Assembly: GCF_018977255.1 (NCBI RefSeq)
Contig: NW_024704742.1
Location: 8,124,001-8,188,000, forward strand
DNA length: 64,000 nucleotides
Origin: Callorhinchus milii
Lineage: Eukaryota
Direction: 5' to 3'
Position 1 is the stretch's first letter; each line of letters begins with the position of its first letter. Shown here in pieces: positions 39,183 to 51,700 of the stretch. The translations under genes were made by a program, and so were the position numbers. The notes under the pieces were generated by a model that was given only the letters and a program-made list of their open reading frames with translations, made no database searches and had not been told where the DNA came from.

Positions 39183-40989
39183 CTAGGATACAATGCAATA
39201 CAAAATGACATTTGTATAGCGTATAGGATTGACAAAAGTGAGGCAAAAAATGTGAAGCACAATCTTAAAAATCAAGATCTAATTTTCTTCAACAACCTCT
39301 ACATTTAGCAATGGGTCAGAGTCACTGATCAGCCCAATTTCAATAAGCAGTTCAAGTATTCAGAGTTAAAAAGTAATGTGATTAATACCTAAACAATAGC
39401 TTTTTGGGGGGGGAATTAAAAAACACCTGTTCAGAAATTACTATGCGTTTTCGATCCAATAAAAGAAAATGATCATATCTTTGAACTAAGAAAAAGTCAA
39501 CAAAATGACATGATTTCCCTCTTTTAAAAAACATTTGACAGCATTTTCTAAGCAACAATCAAAACAAAGCTACGTAGTAATTTTGCCAAACCAAGAAATA
39601 TCTGAAGCTGCAATTACAGAATTTAGTCATTCTACACATCAGAAAATTCCTGGCTTTTTACTGGTAATTTCACGTTTCACTTCTTCCAAAGCCACCAATT
39701 ACTTCTTATTTTACACAACTTCCTAAGTCTAAAATCAAACGGATTTAAAAGTTAATTGAGTGTGTGCTCCTTCTGATGTGTCCATGGATAAATGCTGCGG
39801 TTTAGTGTTACTCTTGGCCACACAAAACAATAAAACAATAAGCAATGGATTCAACTGCTGCTCTGTTAATCTCAACCAAGCACTAAACTGCAACAGTCAC
39901 AACATTGACTTCATGTCACTGTAGAATCCTAGTAACCAACATCAAACGTTGCTGGAAAAGGTATTTGTAGGCCAACACTTCTCATGTTCTTAGACCTTTA
40001 AGTCCTTTAAATTTAAGCTCATGTAGAATTGTTGAATATTCTTAAATTGTCTGCCTGAAACATCAAGTCTAAATTTTAAGTATTTTTCAAAATTCTGCAC
40101 AGGAAATGGTCTTAATAAGTCCAATGCACAGTCGTTCCACTTCACAGTGTATCCTGTGAAGTGCTCTGAGATGTCCTCCTAACAAGAAAGGCGCTATACC
40201 AAATGCAAAGATTCTGTATGCGGCCATGATGAATTTGGGGAAACTGGAGTTTTCAGAGAACGAGAAATTTCTGGTAAACCAAATCACCAACATATTGATT
40301 AAGATCACATCCACACTTTTGGAAAGGGTTGGAGATGGACACCATGAGAGACCTGAAAATTAGTGCAGGAGGGGGAATGTACCTTATAAAAAGATAATAG
40401 TAGAAAGATTATCTTGTGTTTTACATAGATACAGCAAGGGATCCTAATAATAAAAACAATAATACTAAACCTTGCATTTGATATAGCGCCTTACCACGTC
40501 CTTGAGATGTCTATAAAACATCAATCCTAGACATATATAAAAAAAAATTCCCTATAACAAAGATTCCTCTTGCTTGAAGTCGGGTGGAGCCGGTACATCA
40601 AATTAACAGGTTTAGCCACTTTGATCCAATGTGAGACACAATCAGTCTGTAGTTGTTTGACCCCAGGAAAGTAAATTACTGGCGTACATTCAGAAATGTT
40701 CAGTGACAACAGTATCAATACTGATTTGGGTCACGTTTGCAGATTCGGTGGAACCTGATGAATGGTTTCAAAGGAGACGGCAGATTGGATAGGTGCAACC
40801 GGTAAAGTTTAATCAACCAAACGTTAAAGTTTCACTGAGGTTTAGCGAGCGGAAACGTGACTTGTTTTGAGATTTTAATTGCTGATCTGTACGGCTGCTT
40901 CACCAATTCTACAACAGTAATATTTTCGACACAGTTCTAATTTTCTTCCCTCTACATCTGCTTAAATGCATTAACTTATGGTCAGCTAC

Positions 40990-41271
40990 AATAGAAGCCG
41001 AACACACAACTGCTAAAGGTGCCAAATTACTGGATTATTTCTTCAAAATTATATTCACCTGCCAGGGAAAGGGAAACCACATTTATCTCGGATCGAGATT
41101 TGAATCCTTTCTTGGGTATTTTTCAAAATTTTGCACAGGAAAATGGTCTTAATAAGTTAAGTCTAATACACAGTCATTCCACTTCTCAGTGTATCCTGTG
41201 AAGAGCTCTGAGATGTCCTCCCAACATGAAAGGCGCTTTACCAAATGCAAAGATTATTCATACGGCCATGA
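40990..41271 (+). repeat. Composite local duplicate of 38736-38857 plus 40080-40230
   Basis: Direct alignment by eye. Confidence 0.9.
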
Positions 41272-41682
41272 CGCATTCCCTCTACCTCTCCTTAAATCCA
41301 TTAACTGTATCTTGTAGTTAGATACAGTTCCTCGGGTGCTAGCCATCTCCAAGGATCTCACTCAAGTAGCAATCTACATGTGTGCTCCTGCGCCGTGAGT
41401 GCTGACAGGCTATTGGAATGTGCGTAGCTTCAGAACCAAGTCACATCCTGTTTTCCATCAACACCTTAAAGTAAAATTAATATTCTTATTAAAAGTACAT
41501 TCCAGCAGTTGGTATTGAATAGGAGCTGGAACCTTCCTTTTACCACCTCTCCCACAGGCAGAGAGGTCTAAGTAGGACCACTTGAAACTGTTGTTTATTT
41601 TTATTAAAAAAAGTGCAGTTCTGTTTTAATTAACATCTAAGATTTCTGTAATAATAACCTTTGGCATTTTTTTTCCACTTAC

Positions 41683-41831
41683 CCGGTTATGGAACCTGGA
41701 GGACCTGTAGGTTCGCTGTGAGAGATTATAAACTGCATAATGACCTGGATGGTGTGAGTCTAAGAACAACCTAACATCCTCAATGTTGTTTTTGATTGCG
41801 GACTCAACACCTTCGGCTGGAAATGACATAA
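41683..41831 (-). CDS. GAK: GAK exon (ex13), PTEN-like
   Basis: VMSFPAEGVESAIKNNIEDVRLFLDSHHPGHYAVYNLSQRTYRSSRFHNR; 149 nt. Confidence 0.97.
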
Positions 41832-42283
41832 CTGGAAAAGAAGAACAACAAAATGATATGCACGGGACGCAGAATTTCCTGGTGACATCCTTTCGATAAT
41901 CATATACTGTGTGCAGAGACAGCCACTGCACTTGTGCTAATGCTGCTGCTAGTGGAAAAATGGACCAAAAAATATATTTAAGCACTGCAACAACTTGCAT
42001 TTATGTAGCGCCCTTCACATGGGATAGAGTCTGAGCGACTACGTTTGTAAGAACCGCCAGCAAAATCAATTTGCCATGAAAACAACAGTGCCAGGAGTAA
42101 GCCAAACTGAATAATGCCAATACTTGCACTTATGGTGCTGGACATAGGTTGGGAGGGTGGGTATGTTGATAAGCAGCACATTTTCAATTTAAAAATCTTC
42201 CTGTTTCCTGAGTCAGTGTGGAATAGTCAGATATAATCCAATAGTAGGAAGCAATTTCAATAATAATACTATTAATATGTATA

Positions 42284-42640
42284 ATATAATCCTTGCATTT
42301 GATATAGCGCCTCATCATGTCTTTGAGATGTCTCAAAGCGCTTCACAGAATATACTGCAAAGTGAATTGACTGTATATTTTGTGGGCAAATCGCGGCAGC
42401 GAATTGTGCACAGCAGTGTCCCACAAAGAGTTGTGGATTGAGTGACCAAAGTTTTTTTAAGGAATTATTAGCCCCGGAAAAGCGATCCGCAAATCGATTA
42501 ACAACTGGGTTCCTAATTACTGCTAGGTAAGCAGAGGTGCGTGGAATAACGAAACTTGCCCAATGTTTCGCCCTGTCAGTAATCAAACCCAGGTCTCTCG
42601 CTTGCAGAGTGCTCTAACCACTAAGCTACCAGATTCCACA
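42284..42640 (-). mobile_element. tRNA-derived SINE
   Basis: Same family. Confidence 0.9.
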
Positions 42641-43962
42641 GATAGATTCAAGGCTGTGATCTATCTAAATTCCTTCGATTAGATTACGGTCTTGAAATCA
42701 ACTTCCTGGCAGCTGCTGTTCTCTACGGAACAGATTTAAGAATCTGTAATTGAACGAATGTTCATGCAATTCATTTTCAGTGATTCCTAAAGCTAATTCA
42801 TAACCTTTAGTGAATACTAAATAAGGCTTATTATAACATTTTTTAAAAAACTGTGCTCATACTCACTGGTTATTAGACACAGTTGATAGCTTTTAAAACC
42901 ATCGGTCATTAACTTATCCTTCATATCGATAGGGTCACAAAAACTACATCATCAGATTCCATTAATCATAGAAGACTTAATGGTACAAACTCAAATGGCG
43001 ATTTATTTCATTCAGTAGTAAGTACAGTAAAAGCACAAACAAAACAAAATCATGAACTGAAAAAGTCAAGACAGCCCTCATAGATTACCTAACATCACCT
43101 ATTTATAGATGCATTCAAGAGGAGTGCTCGAACCTTCACATGAGGAAAAAGAGCATAGAAGGGTTCAGGGAGGGAGTCAAGAATGGGTGGAGACTCTTGT
43201 GGAGTATAAACACCGTCACGGACTGACTGGTTGAGTCCAGTGGCTTGTTTCTATGTTGTACAGTTTGTGCAGATCTTGTACACGCAAATAAATATATTCA
43301 CCATTCTGGGGTACAGGTTTCAGGGGTTTAATAAACTAGCTGGCACAGAGGTTTCCATTGTAGCTACAATATTACACTTGTATAGTGTTTTTCACGTCGG
43401 GAGGATGTCACAAGGCGCTGGACAGTCAGGGATCTGGAACCCGAGTAGGAGGTAGAAGGGCAACCAAGGGTGCGGTGGAAGAGGAGGGTCTTGAGACGTG
43501 CCTTGAAGGAGGGAAGGGAGGGAGCAAGGTGAAGGGAATGTGGGATGGGCGGTGGGGGGGATGCAGAGAGGCTGAAGACACAATCACCAATGGGGGGGAA
43601 GTGGAGCAGGGAGGCTGGCAGTGCGGATGAGAGGTTTGCCCCTAGGGTCTGGGGCCGGTGGGCCTTGCGACAATAATGGGGATGGGGCGGTCAGTGTGGC
43701 TGCTGCTGAGGTGCCAGCGGTGAGCGCCTCAGTGAGCCTGATGGTGGATTCCCAAGCTGGAGCAGAGGGAGGCTGTGAGACGGTCAAGTGGGGATAGCAG
43801 GCGAGGAGGTGGAGGGAGAAGAGATCAGAGCGGGAGTGACAGGATAGAGGACAGGGGTGGGGGTATTTTGGGAGGAAGCAGCTCGGGTCGGGAGTGGCAG
43901 CAAAAATGCGCACACCGAGACTGGAGGCAAAGTGATCAATGAGGCATAGTCAGCCCGCAGGC

Positions 43963-44250
43963 ATGGAGACAGCGGGGGCTAGAGGAGAGCGCGGGGGCTA
44001 GAGGAGAGCGCGGGGGCTAGAGGAGAGAGCGGGGGCTAGAGGAGAGAGCGGGGGCTAGAGGAGAGAGCGGGGGCTAGAGGAGAGAGCGGGGGCTAGAGGA
44101 GAGAGCGGGGGCTAGAGGAGACAGCGGGGGCTAGAGGAGAGCGCGGGGGCTAGAGGAGACAGCGGGGGCTAGAGGAGAGAGCGGGGGCTAGAGGAGAGCG
44201 CGGGGGCTAGAGGAGAGCGCGGGGGCTAGAGGAGAGCGCGGGGGCTGGAG
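43963..44250 (+). repeat. 19-bp G-rich minisatellite (AGAGGAGAGCGCGGGGGCT)n, about 15 copies
   Basis: Direct reading. Confidence 0.95.
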
Positions 44251-44589
44251 TAGTGCAGAGGGGAGAGGGGGGGCAAGGCACTCATTGTGTTATTTACCAG
44301 GATCCCCAACCTCAAAGATAACTCGGAGAAGTTTACAGGGAGAAGAGGGAGGAAGGGAAGGCGATAATAAAAATCAAAATAAGACTATACTAAACCTGAA
44401 TCCAGGGTTTGAAAAACTGGCGTGCGGAAAAATGAGCAATAAGCAGAACTTATTACCACTATAAATAGCTTGCTGCTGTCAAAAACATCTACTGACATAT
44501 CTACCAGTTAAACAGTCTCGTTCTAATATAAATAGTTTCAAGAATAGTAAATAGTAATACAAAAAAGACATTCAAAACGTCTGACTTAC

Positions 44590-44639
44590 CAGCAATTCTT
44601 GAAGTAACGTATGAAATATCCAAATCCCCTTTAGCGTAG
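44590..44639 (-). CDS. GAK: GAK exon (ex12), start of PTEN-like domain
   Basis: YAKGDLDISYVTSRIA; 50 nt, phase 2-1. Confidence 0.96.
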
Positions 44640-46840
44640 CTGGCCAGAAACATATTTGTAAAGGTTAGTGCAAGTTACTCTTATTCAAAAAGAATCTTCA
44701 ACAGTGGGAGATAGTTTGACCCACAAGCAAAGAACACTTTACCATTGCTAATAAGGTAATGACAAATAGGCTCTGAAAGTCATGAACTGTGGGAAACTCA
44801 GTGCTGCATTCCTTCCATTTACAAACACAAAATCTGTTTAAATCGGTCACTTTTAGTTGTCTGGAAAGTTGCACTCTTCAATCAACCTTGTCCATCTTAA
44901 ATACCAGTATGTTGAGTGCAAATGTATCCTCTGGGTTCAGAGACCAAATCTGAACATTCTCAAAAGGCAGTGATTTAACAGCAACCATTTACATTTATAT
45001 AGCACATTTCACATTGGGAGGGCATCTGAAATTGCTTCACACAGCTGACTGGGGAGCTTGAGCTGGAGAAGGGGGGAGAAGCAGGAGGTTCAGAAAGGCG
45101 GTCAAAATTGTGGTAGAAAAAATAGCTCTTACGGTGCTATATCTAGGGGCTATATCAAATGCAAGGATGATTATTATTTCAGTTTAACGGATACTTTTAG
45201 ATTAAAGTTAAAATTGAGAATAGTTTCAAATTGGCTGCTAAGTTCGCTTACAAACTGCAGCATCATTGAAAGGTTTTGAGATATTTTGATAATGTCATAA
45301 GGTTCGCTATCAAATCATGGATTATTATTATATTGTTACTCATGTCAATGCGATTTAAATAAGTAATGGCAGCACTAAATTATAAAGGGCAGGACTGATT
45401 AGAAGGTCTCACTTTTTTTTAAGAATAGGAGCAAGAGGATCACCTTTTAGGTCACAGAAAGCAAATAATCCTTGCATTTTTTGATATAGCGCCTTATCAC
45501 GTCTTCGAGACTTCTCAAAGCCTTCACAGAAATATACTGTAAAGTGAATCGACTTTATATTTTGTGGGCGAAACGCGGCAGCCAATTGCGCACAGCAGCG
45601 TCCCACAAACAGTCGTGGATTGAAGTGACCGCGTTTTTAAAAAAAAATGTTTTAACCTTGTCATCACGCAACTACCATTTTATCATCTTATAAATACCAG
45701 CGTATAGAGTACACATTTATCCCCCGGGATCAGAGACCAAATCTGAACATGCTTTCTAATAAAGATAGTCAGATCAACAAGATAACCTATACTACTTTCA
45801 CCTTCCTCCCCTCAGTAGACAATATGAGGAGGCATCGGTAGGGCACGATTTGCTGGACACATCCTCATGCACCACATATCAGCCTGTTCTGCTGGTGCAC
45901 AGTTTAACACAAAATAAATAATTTAAAATATCATTGCATTTGATATAGCGTTTTCATGTCAGAAGGACATCTCGAAGCGTTTCATAGAATTCATTGTAAA
46001 GTACAATTTTAGGCAAAAAGTGAGAAATCTAAATGTAGTAATGTAAAAGACAATTAGCAATGAAAGAGCATATGGGAAACTACACTGTGCGTATTGCAGT
46101 CATATCTAAAAGTTTACAACTGTGCAGCATGAAATCTATATCAGTCCCCCTCCCTCCCCACCCTCAAATCCCGCCGAAAGAACTTCCTTTTTGATGGTAC
46201 TTATAGTCACCTCCCGTCTCCCTCTCCCTCAGCTCGTTGTCAAGACACCGCCCCTGTGAAGCACTCCAAGATGCTGCCCCATGTGAAGGGCACTGAATAA
46301 ATGCAAGTTGTGGATGTTGAAGTTGTTGTTATGTCATGCTTTTGATATTAAGAGGATTGTGTTTAACATGCCAGCAACTCACAAACCACACACACATAAC
46401 GTGTTAGATTTAAATCCATGTTTTTACATCAGATGTATATTGCTTAGATAAATTTCAACTGAAAACTAATTACAAATTCTGCAATATTAAAGGGAAAACG
46501 TTAACATTGCCGTCACATTTGCAAGGAGATACGTTAAAAAAAAGTTTTGGTAATAGCCTGACTTCCTTTCATAACGTCGGTCAATTAGTCTATATGAAGA
46601 ACACCCGTCTTAACTAATCCTCTCAATATGCTGTCTATATTTAAAATGTTAAAATTAAAACAAAAGTTATACAGTATTATAAATAATATAAGCCCTTGAG
46701 AAGAAACATATTGAACACCTCTATCCTGAGATTTGTGCTTGCAGCAAAAGGTAATGAACACACAAAGATGGCTTTAATTCAATTAATAAAGAAGCAAAAA
46801 CATCCACGTCACCAGCACACAAAACCAACAAAATATTTAC

Positions 46841-46849
46841 CTGGGGTTG
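46841..46849 (-). CDS. GAK: Candidate 9-nt GAK microexon (adds N-P-S)
   Basis: ttgctttctttctttctcaacatctttgtgcgtctggtag|CAACCCCAG|gtaaat; frame-preserving, phase 2-2. Confidence 0.6.
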
Positions 46850-47559
46850 CTACCAGACGCACAAAGATGTTGAGAAAGAAAGAAAGCAAGCAGTGAATGA
46901 CAGGCTGAACAGTCAACATGGACACAGACAGGCAGCAATATTCACAACTCAGAACAGAAAATGTTAGGCTCATGATACGAATGATTGTCAAAAAAGTAAC
47001 TCGCTCCCAGATGACAGACGGCAAATTACAAGAGAAATGCAAAATTCAAAACATTTAATAGGATAATGAGAATGACCATGGGTGCTCACTACAAAGTTAA
47101 CATGAAAGAAAATATCTTATATATAAATAAGATAACTTATCCAATCTAATTCCCCCGTAGATTTAAATAACTCAAGTCTCTTTAAGGCCAAGAGAAATAG
47201 AGCAGTGATCATTTTTTTTTTTAAAAAGTACATCCTTAAAATACTAATACTTTCGAATGATACTCCAGAGAGGGTGGATGATGCCATAATGCAGCCCACT
47301 CAAATTCATTGACAGAATATCCTAAACGAATGGCGGCTTAGCTTTTTCTGCTGGGCAGACATTTCTCTCCTACTGGCTAGTGTTACAAGGCAGAATTTTA
47401 AGACAAAGTAGTTCTGTAAGCAAGATTACATTAATGGGTGCAGTCAATGCGGGGGAGGAAAGAGGAAAGAGATTGCATGGAGTGGAGTTGTACCACAGGT
47501 TCACTATTTGCTAACTTTTCAATTTCTTGGTTGCATCCACAGAAATCTTTAAGCATTAT

Positions 47560-47900
47560 ACAATACAAAATTACATTTGTACAGAGCCTTTCAAGCCAGG
47601 AGGTTGTCCCAAGGCGCTGGACAGTCAAGGATTTGGACCAGAGCTGGGGGTCGGGATTGGGGAGGGTGGAGGGTAGGGAGGCTATGAGGGTGGCCGAAGG
47701 CACGATCGAAGAGGATGGTCTTGATACGTGCCTTGAAGGAGGCAAGGGAGGGAGCGAGGTGAAGGGAATGAGGGATGGAGTTCCAAAGGGTGGAAGTAGA
47801 GAGGCTGAAGGCCCGACCGCCGATGGTGGGGCAGGACAGGTGGGGGGGCGTGAAGCAGGCCGGAGCCTGCTGAGCCGAGGAAGCGGACAGGTTGATAAGG
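47560..47900 (-). mobile_element. L2 3' fragment (similar fragments at 1890-2048, 13592-13760, 43375-43620, 52980-53245, 55730-56200, 60610-60760)
   Basis: TIGGRAFSLSTSTLWNSIP...FKARIKTILF; shared tail. Confidence 0.85.
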
Positions 47901-48597
47901 ACGTAAACTTCTCTACTCAGATCTTGTATCTGGAGAAAAAATAGCTGGAAGCTGTGCAGCTTTCCATCACTAACTTGCGTTCTTTTTTCACTCGGATCAT
48001 TTACTGAAGCCCTGGATTTGGAGGCACTGTAGCAATGCAATCAGCAAAACTGCTGCTGCCTCCTCAGCGTCAAAGATTAACTTATAAAGAGGTGGGTGAT
48101 TCCAGCATTTCCAGAAGCAGTAAGTCCTGTCCCCCAAAGTCAATGGAAATATTAGCATCAGAGATGGTGACAACCTTGTTTTCTGACAAGCTGAGTCGAA
48201 AATCCCATGTGTATGCCCACTGTGGTCCTGCTCACCAGGCTATTTGTACCATTTTCGTTAGGGAATGTAGAACGCAGAAAAGTAAAGAAATGGAACTTAA
48301 AAACTGTGTACCGTTCTGCTTCTGTGGAAAATTTCCCATTCTAAATAGCAAAGCTATGTAAACGCAGCACCACTAACCAAGGAAACAAGTCATACTTTCT
48401 AGTAATAAAGGAGGGTAGAGTGAACTAAATCAATCTTTCTATGCTTACACACTTTGCTGTTTAAACATTTTCCACAGGGAGGTGTAAACTGAACAGTAAA
48501 CTGGAAGGTATTCCTCTCAAGACAATGAGCACCTCATGTGTCTGTTCAATAGTTATTTTGTGAACAAAAACTCGAATATTTGCTCAGCTCCACTTAC

Positions 48598-48715
48598 TTG
48601 GCAACAGACTGAATCATTTTCGAAGACGTATCTTTGATGTTAGTTAGGAATCGCTCTGTGCCACCTTTAAGGATATCGAAGAACCCGCCAGGGGGCGATA
48701 CATCATTTTCATTAG
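48598..48715 (-). CDS. GAK: GAK exon (ex11)
   Basis: (A)NENDVSPPGGFFDILKGGTERFLTNIKDTSSKMIQSVA(N); phase 1-2. Confidence 0.96.
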
Positions 48716-49189
48716 CTAAGGAAAAAAATAATGCAAACTTCAGCTGACTTTTGTACATTTCCAGTCACATGAGAATCACATGTTCACTGTTTCTACAGCA
48801 CAGTCAACAGTAAAATCACAACTGGCTGTGCAAGTAGGAAGTACGTAGCTTACCCTCTGCGGAATGATTAAGTTAGTAAAATGACTAAATTATTCTTTGC
48901 AATTGAACAGTGCTCCACTTTATATGTGCGCTCTCTTTTTCTGGGGCAAATGTGTTTAACTAAATGTTGTATAAAATTAAATCAGAGGTATTTAGATTAA
49001 CCAAATTTAATTAAATATTACTAGAGATTCCCGTTAAAACTATTTAACACAAAAGACTTAAAGCAATATATGGGACATCTAAACAGGGACAGAAGCAAGA
49101 GTGGCGCTGAACTCCAGGAGTAATCAAAGATTGCCTTGGGATTCCAGGCAGAGGAAAAACTTTGGAACAGTTTTTCAGTTTATTTCTTT

Positions 49190-49536
49190 ATAATAATAAT
49201 AATCCTTGCATTTGATGAAGCGCATTATCACATCTTCAAGATATGTCAAAGCACTTCACGGAATATACTGTAAAGTGTATGATCTATGGGTGAAACGTGG
49301 CAGCCAATTGCGCACAGCAGTGTCCTACAAACAGTAGTGGATTAAAGTGACAATTCTTTTTTGAAGACCCCCAGAAATGCATTCCGCCAATCGACTAACA
49401 ACCGGGTTCCTACTTACTGCTAGATAAACAGAGGCGTTTGGAGTAAGGAAACTTGCCCAACATTTTGCTCTGCCAGGAATCAAACCCAGGTCTCTCACTT
49501 GCAAGGCGAGTGCTCTAACTACTGAGCTACAGGACT
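49190..49536 (-). mobile_element. tRNA-derived SINE
   Basis: Same family. Confidence 0.9.
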
Positions 49537-51151
49537 TTATTTCTTTATGGGTGGATTTAGGAGTATCCTATTCCGATACACCTTGGGACCAAAAAGGACA
49601 TCAAACAGACACAAAGATTTGCACAATTTGCATTTTTTTACAGAAATCAATACATCTTCTTAGTACAGTTTGAAATGTGTCAATTCACTAGGTTAAATAA
49701 TCAACGTCAAAAAATTCTAGCAGACGGGTGCCCTCCATGGCAAGTTTGAAGTAATTAAACCAACCTTTTCAGTTTTACAAACTTTAAAAAACAATTCTGT
49801 AAAATGTGGGCAAGGATCACGAAACAAGTGGTTTCCACATTCTGCTGATTTAAACCATGAAGAACTCTTAAAATATAAAACTAAACACCAGTCTTCTAAA
49901 CTATGGCAATTTAGTGATAGTTTCGCGGGCGGCAACCAAAATCTCATCAATAATAGTTGGTCCATCTCAAAACAGTTGTATCATTCCTAAAATACTGAGT
50001 CAATAATAATAATCATTGCATTTGACATAGTGCCTTATCACGCCTTCTAGACGCCTCAAAGTGCTTCACAGAATATACTGTAAAGTGAATTGACTATGTG
50101 GGCAATTTGTAAAGTGCAATGTAGATATTGCATCAAAATAACTACAGCATAAACTCCCAAAACCCAAAGGTATACCGTCTATGCACCAGTAACTTGAACA
50201 TTAACATTCTTTTTCCCAATAATCCACAGAATTTGTTCTGATCAGCATTTAGATCAAGGACGGTTTTGTGATGAAAACTGGACTGAAACTGACCAAATCT
50301 CTTCACACATTAAATGCAGTCGCCAGAGACAGTCTATTACTTTAGTCATCAAATAAAAGAAAAACAATTCTGTAGTTCCAGCAGATCAGAGTTCAAACCC
50401 CATTTTTGATTATTAATCTTCTCTTTATAGGTAAAATATAGCCTTCTCTCAGTTGTGGAGAGATCACTTTCTTTATAAGAGAGTCAGAAAAAGTAAATCT
50501 CATGCAATTTTCTCCTCATCTCCTGAAAGTATTTCGCTCTTTCATTCTACTGGGACACAGTTCTGTAAGCACCAGTGACTCTTCAGTACCTCATCCAACA
50601 GACCATTATTCTAGTGTGAGAAAAGGTAGCAAGTACAAAACAGCTACGTGATAATAGGATGCCTCGAAGAAAAGTATTATTCTCCTGAAAAAACATACAC
50701 ACACACACATATATATACTCTACCAGGAATCGTCTGGCACTGTTACTGCAGATTCAGGTGGAAATCAAAACCAGAGCACGTGTTGTTTTACATTTGCGAA
50801 TTAATTAGCACCGTAAAACATCACAATAAATGAAATAATCAAAATTGTGGCAACATCGAGCACACAACGATCTCTCCCTGGTGACCAGTTCCTGACGGAC
50901 TCTTCCCAACATGCGTTTGTAGAATTAAGATTCGGTTCCTCAATCTAAATCAACCAGACGGACGGGAAACACAACTAATCCTCTTAAGTGGCAAGGTAAC
51001 TTCGGTTTGCCTTTAGCTAGCTTTCACTTAAAGAGCTTTGAACGTATGAGTTCAACTTTTCACGCATCGGTTATCTTTATGCCTTTTCGATCAGTGAAAA
51101 CAATTCCGGAGTTCACTTCTCCTCATCTAAAAAAAAGAAAATGTTACATGC

Positions 51152-51263
51152 CTGCATTATGCATGTTGTTCGGTGGTCCTCCTGGCTTGCTCCAAGGTGG
51201 CGGTGAACTTGCCGTTGTCCGGGCTGGGACACTGTTGCCGAGCCCTCCATTGTGCTCCAGGAG
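51152..51263 (-). CDS. GAK: GAK exon (ex10), linker; GC-AG donor
   Basis: LLEHNGGLGNSVPARTTASSPPPWSKPGGPPNNMHNA; tctttgcag| acceptor; best phase-1 donor is CAG|gcatgt. Confidence 0.88.
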
Positions 51264-51323
51264 CTGCAAAGATTCGTAACTGTCACAATCAATCTTTCTC
51301 AGATAAGAGCCCGGCAGACTCAT
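51152..51323 (-). CDS. GAK: Alternative first coding exon of a kinase-less, auxilin-1(DNAJC6)-like GAK isoform
   Basis: In-frame ATG at 51323 gives MSLPGSYLRKIDCDSYESLQ-LLEHNG, matching the recalled DNAJC6 N-terminus MSLLGSYRKKTSNDGYESLQLVDSNG. Confidence 0.8.
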
Positions 51324-51700
51324 GAGAAAACTATTCAGGCACTCATACAATGAAGAATGCGGAGATTCCGAGCCACCAGTTGCACATTATTCTGCATCGT
51401 GGCAGAGCAGCTATGAGCTTTTCTTCAGAACAAACAGGCCATTGGTGGGTTAGTGCCATTTCAATGATCAGCTGTAGCACTTGCGAGCAGGCCTAGCGCT
51501 GTCCAACTGGCTTCAGGCCCAGCCTTCATCAGTACACGTAGCTGACTGCACCGGGCCTGGCCTGTTTGACGGTTAAGCTCATTAAGATAGCAGATGAGCA
51601 GATTAAACGATTATCCAGCTCTTTCTCTTCTTAAATGTGCAAATGGTCGCCCTTATTCGTTCTTTTTTGTTTTTAGGATCTGCTCAACTTTTCAACAACA
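51324..51700 (-). promoter_or_regulatory. Putative internal promoter/5'UTR of the short GAK isoform
   Basis: Repeat-free, locally GC-richer stretch upstream of the alternative ATG; CCAAT on minus strand (51441-51445); RE1-like half-site GCGCTGTCC (51496-51504). Confidence 0.45.

Noticed and set aside
43963..44250. Regular repeat array as possible CRISPR
   Set aside because: No unique spacers, and the context is eukaryotic; it is a minisatellite.
44885..45752. Old ~70-bp local duplication (cagagaccaaatctgaacat)
   Set aside because: Short, diverged and intronic, with no evident function.
50714..50735. Possible 22-nt exon (ctgcag|...|gtagag) in GAK intron 10
   Set aside because: No phase combination restores the frame to exon 11.
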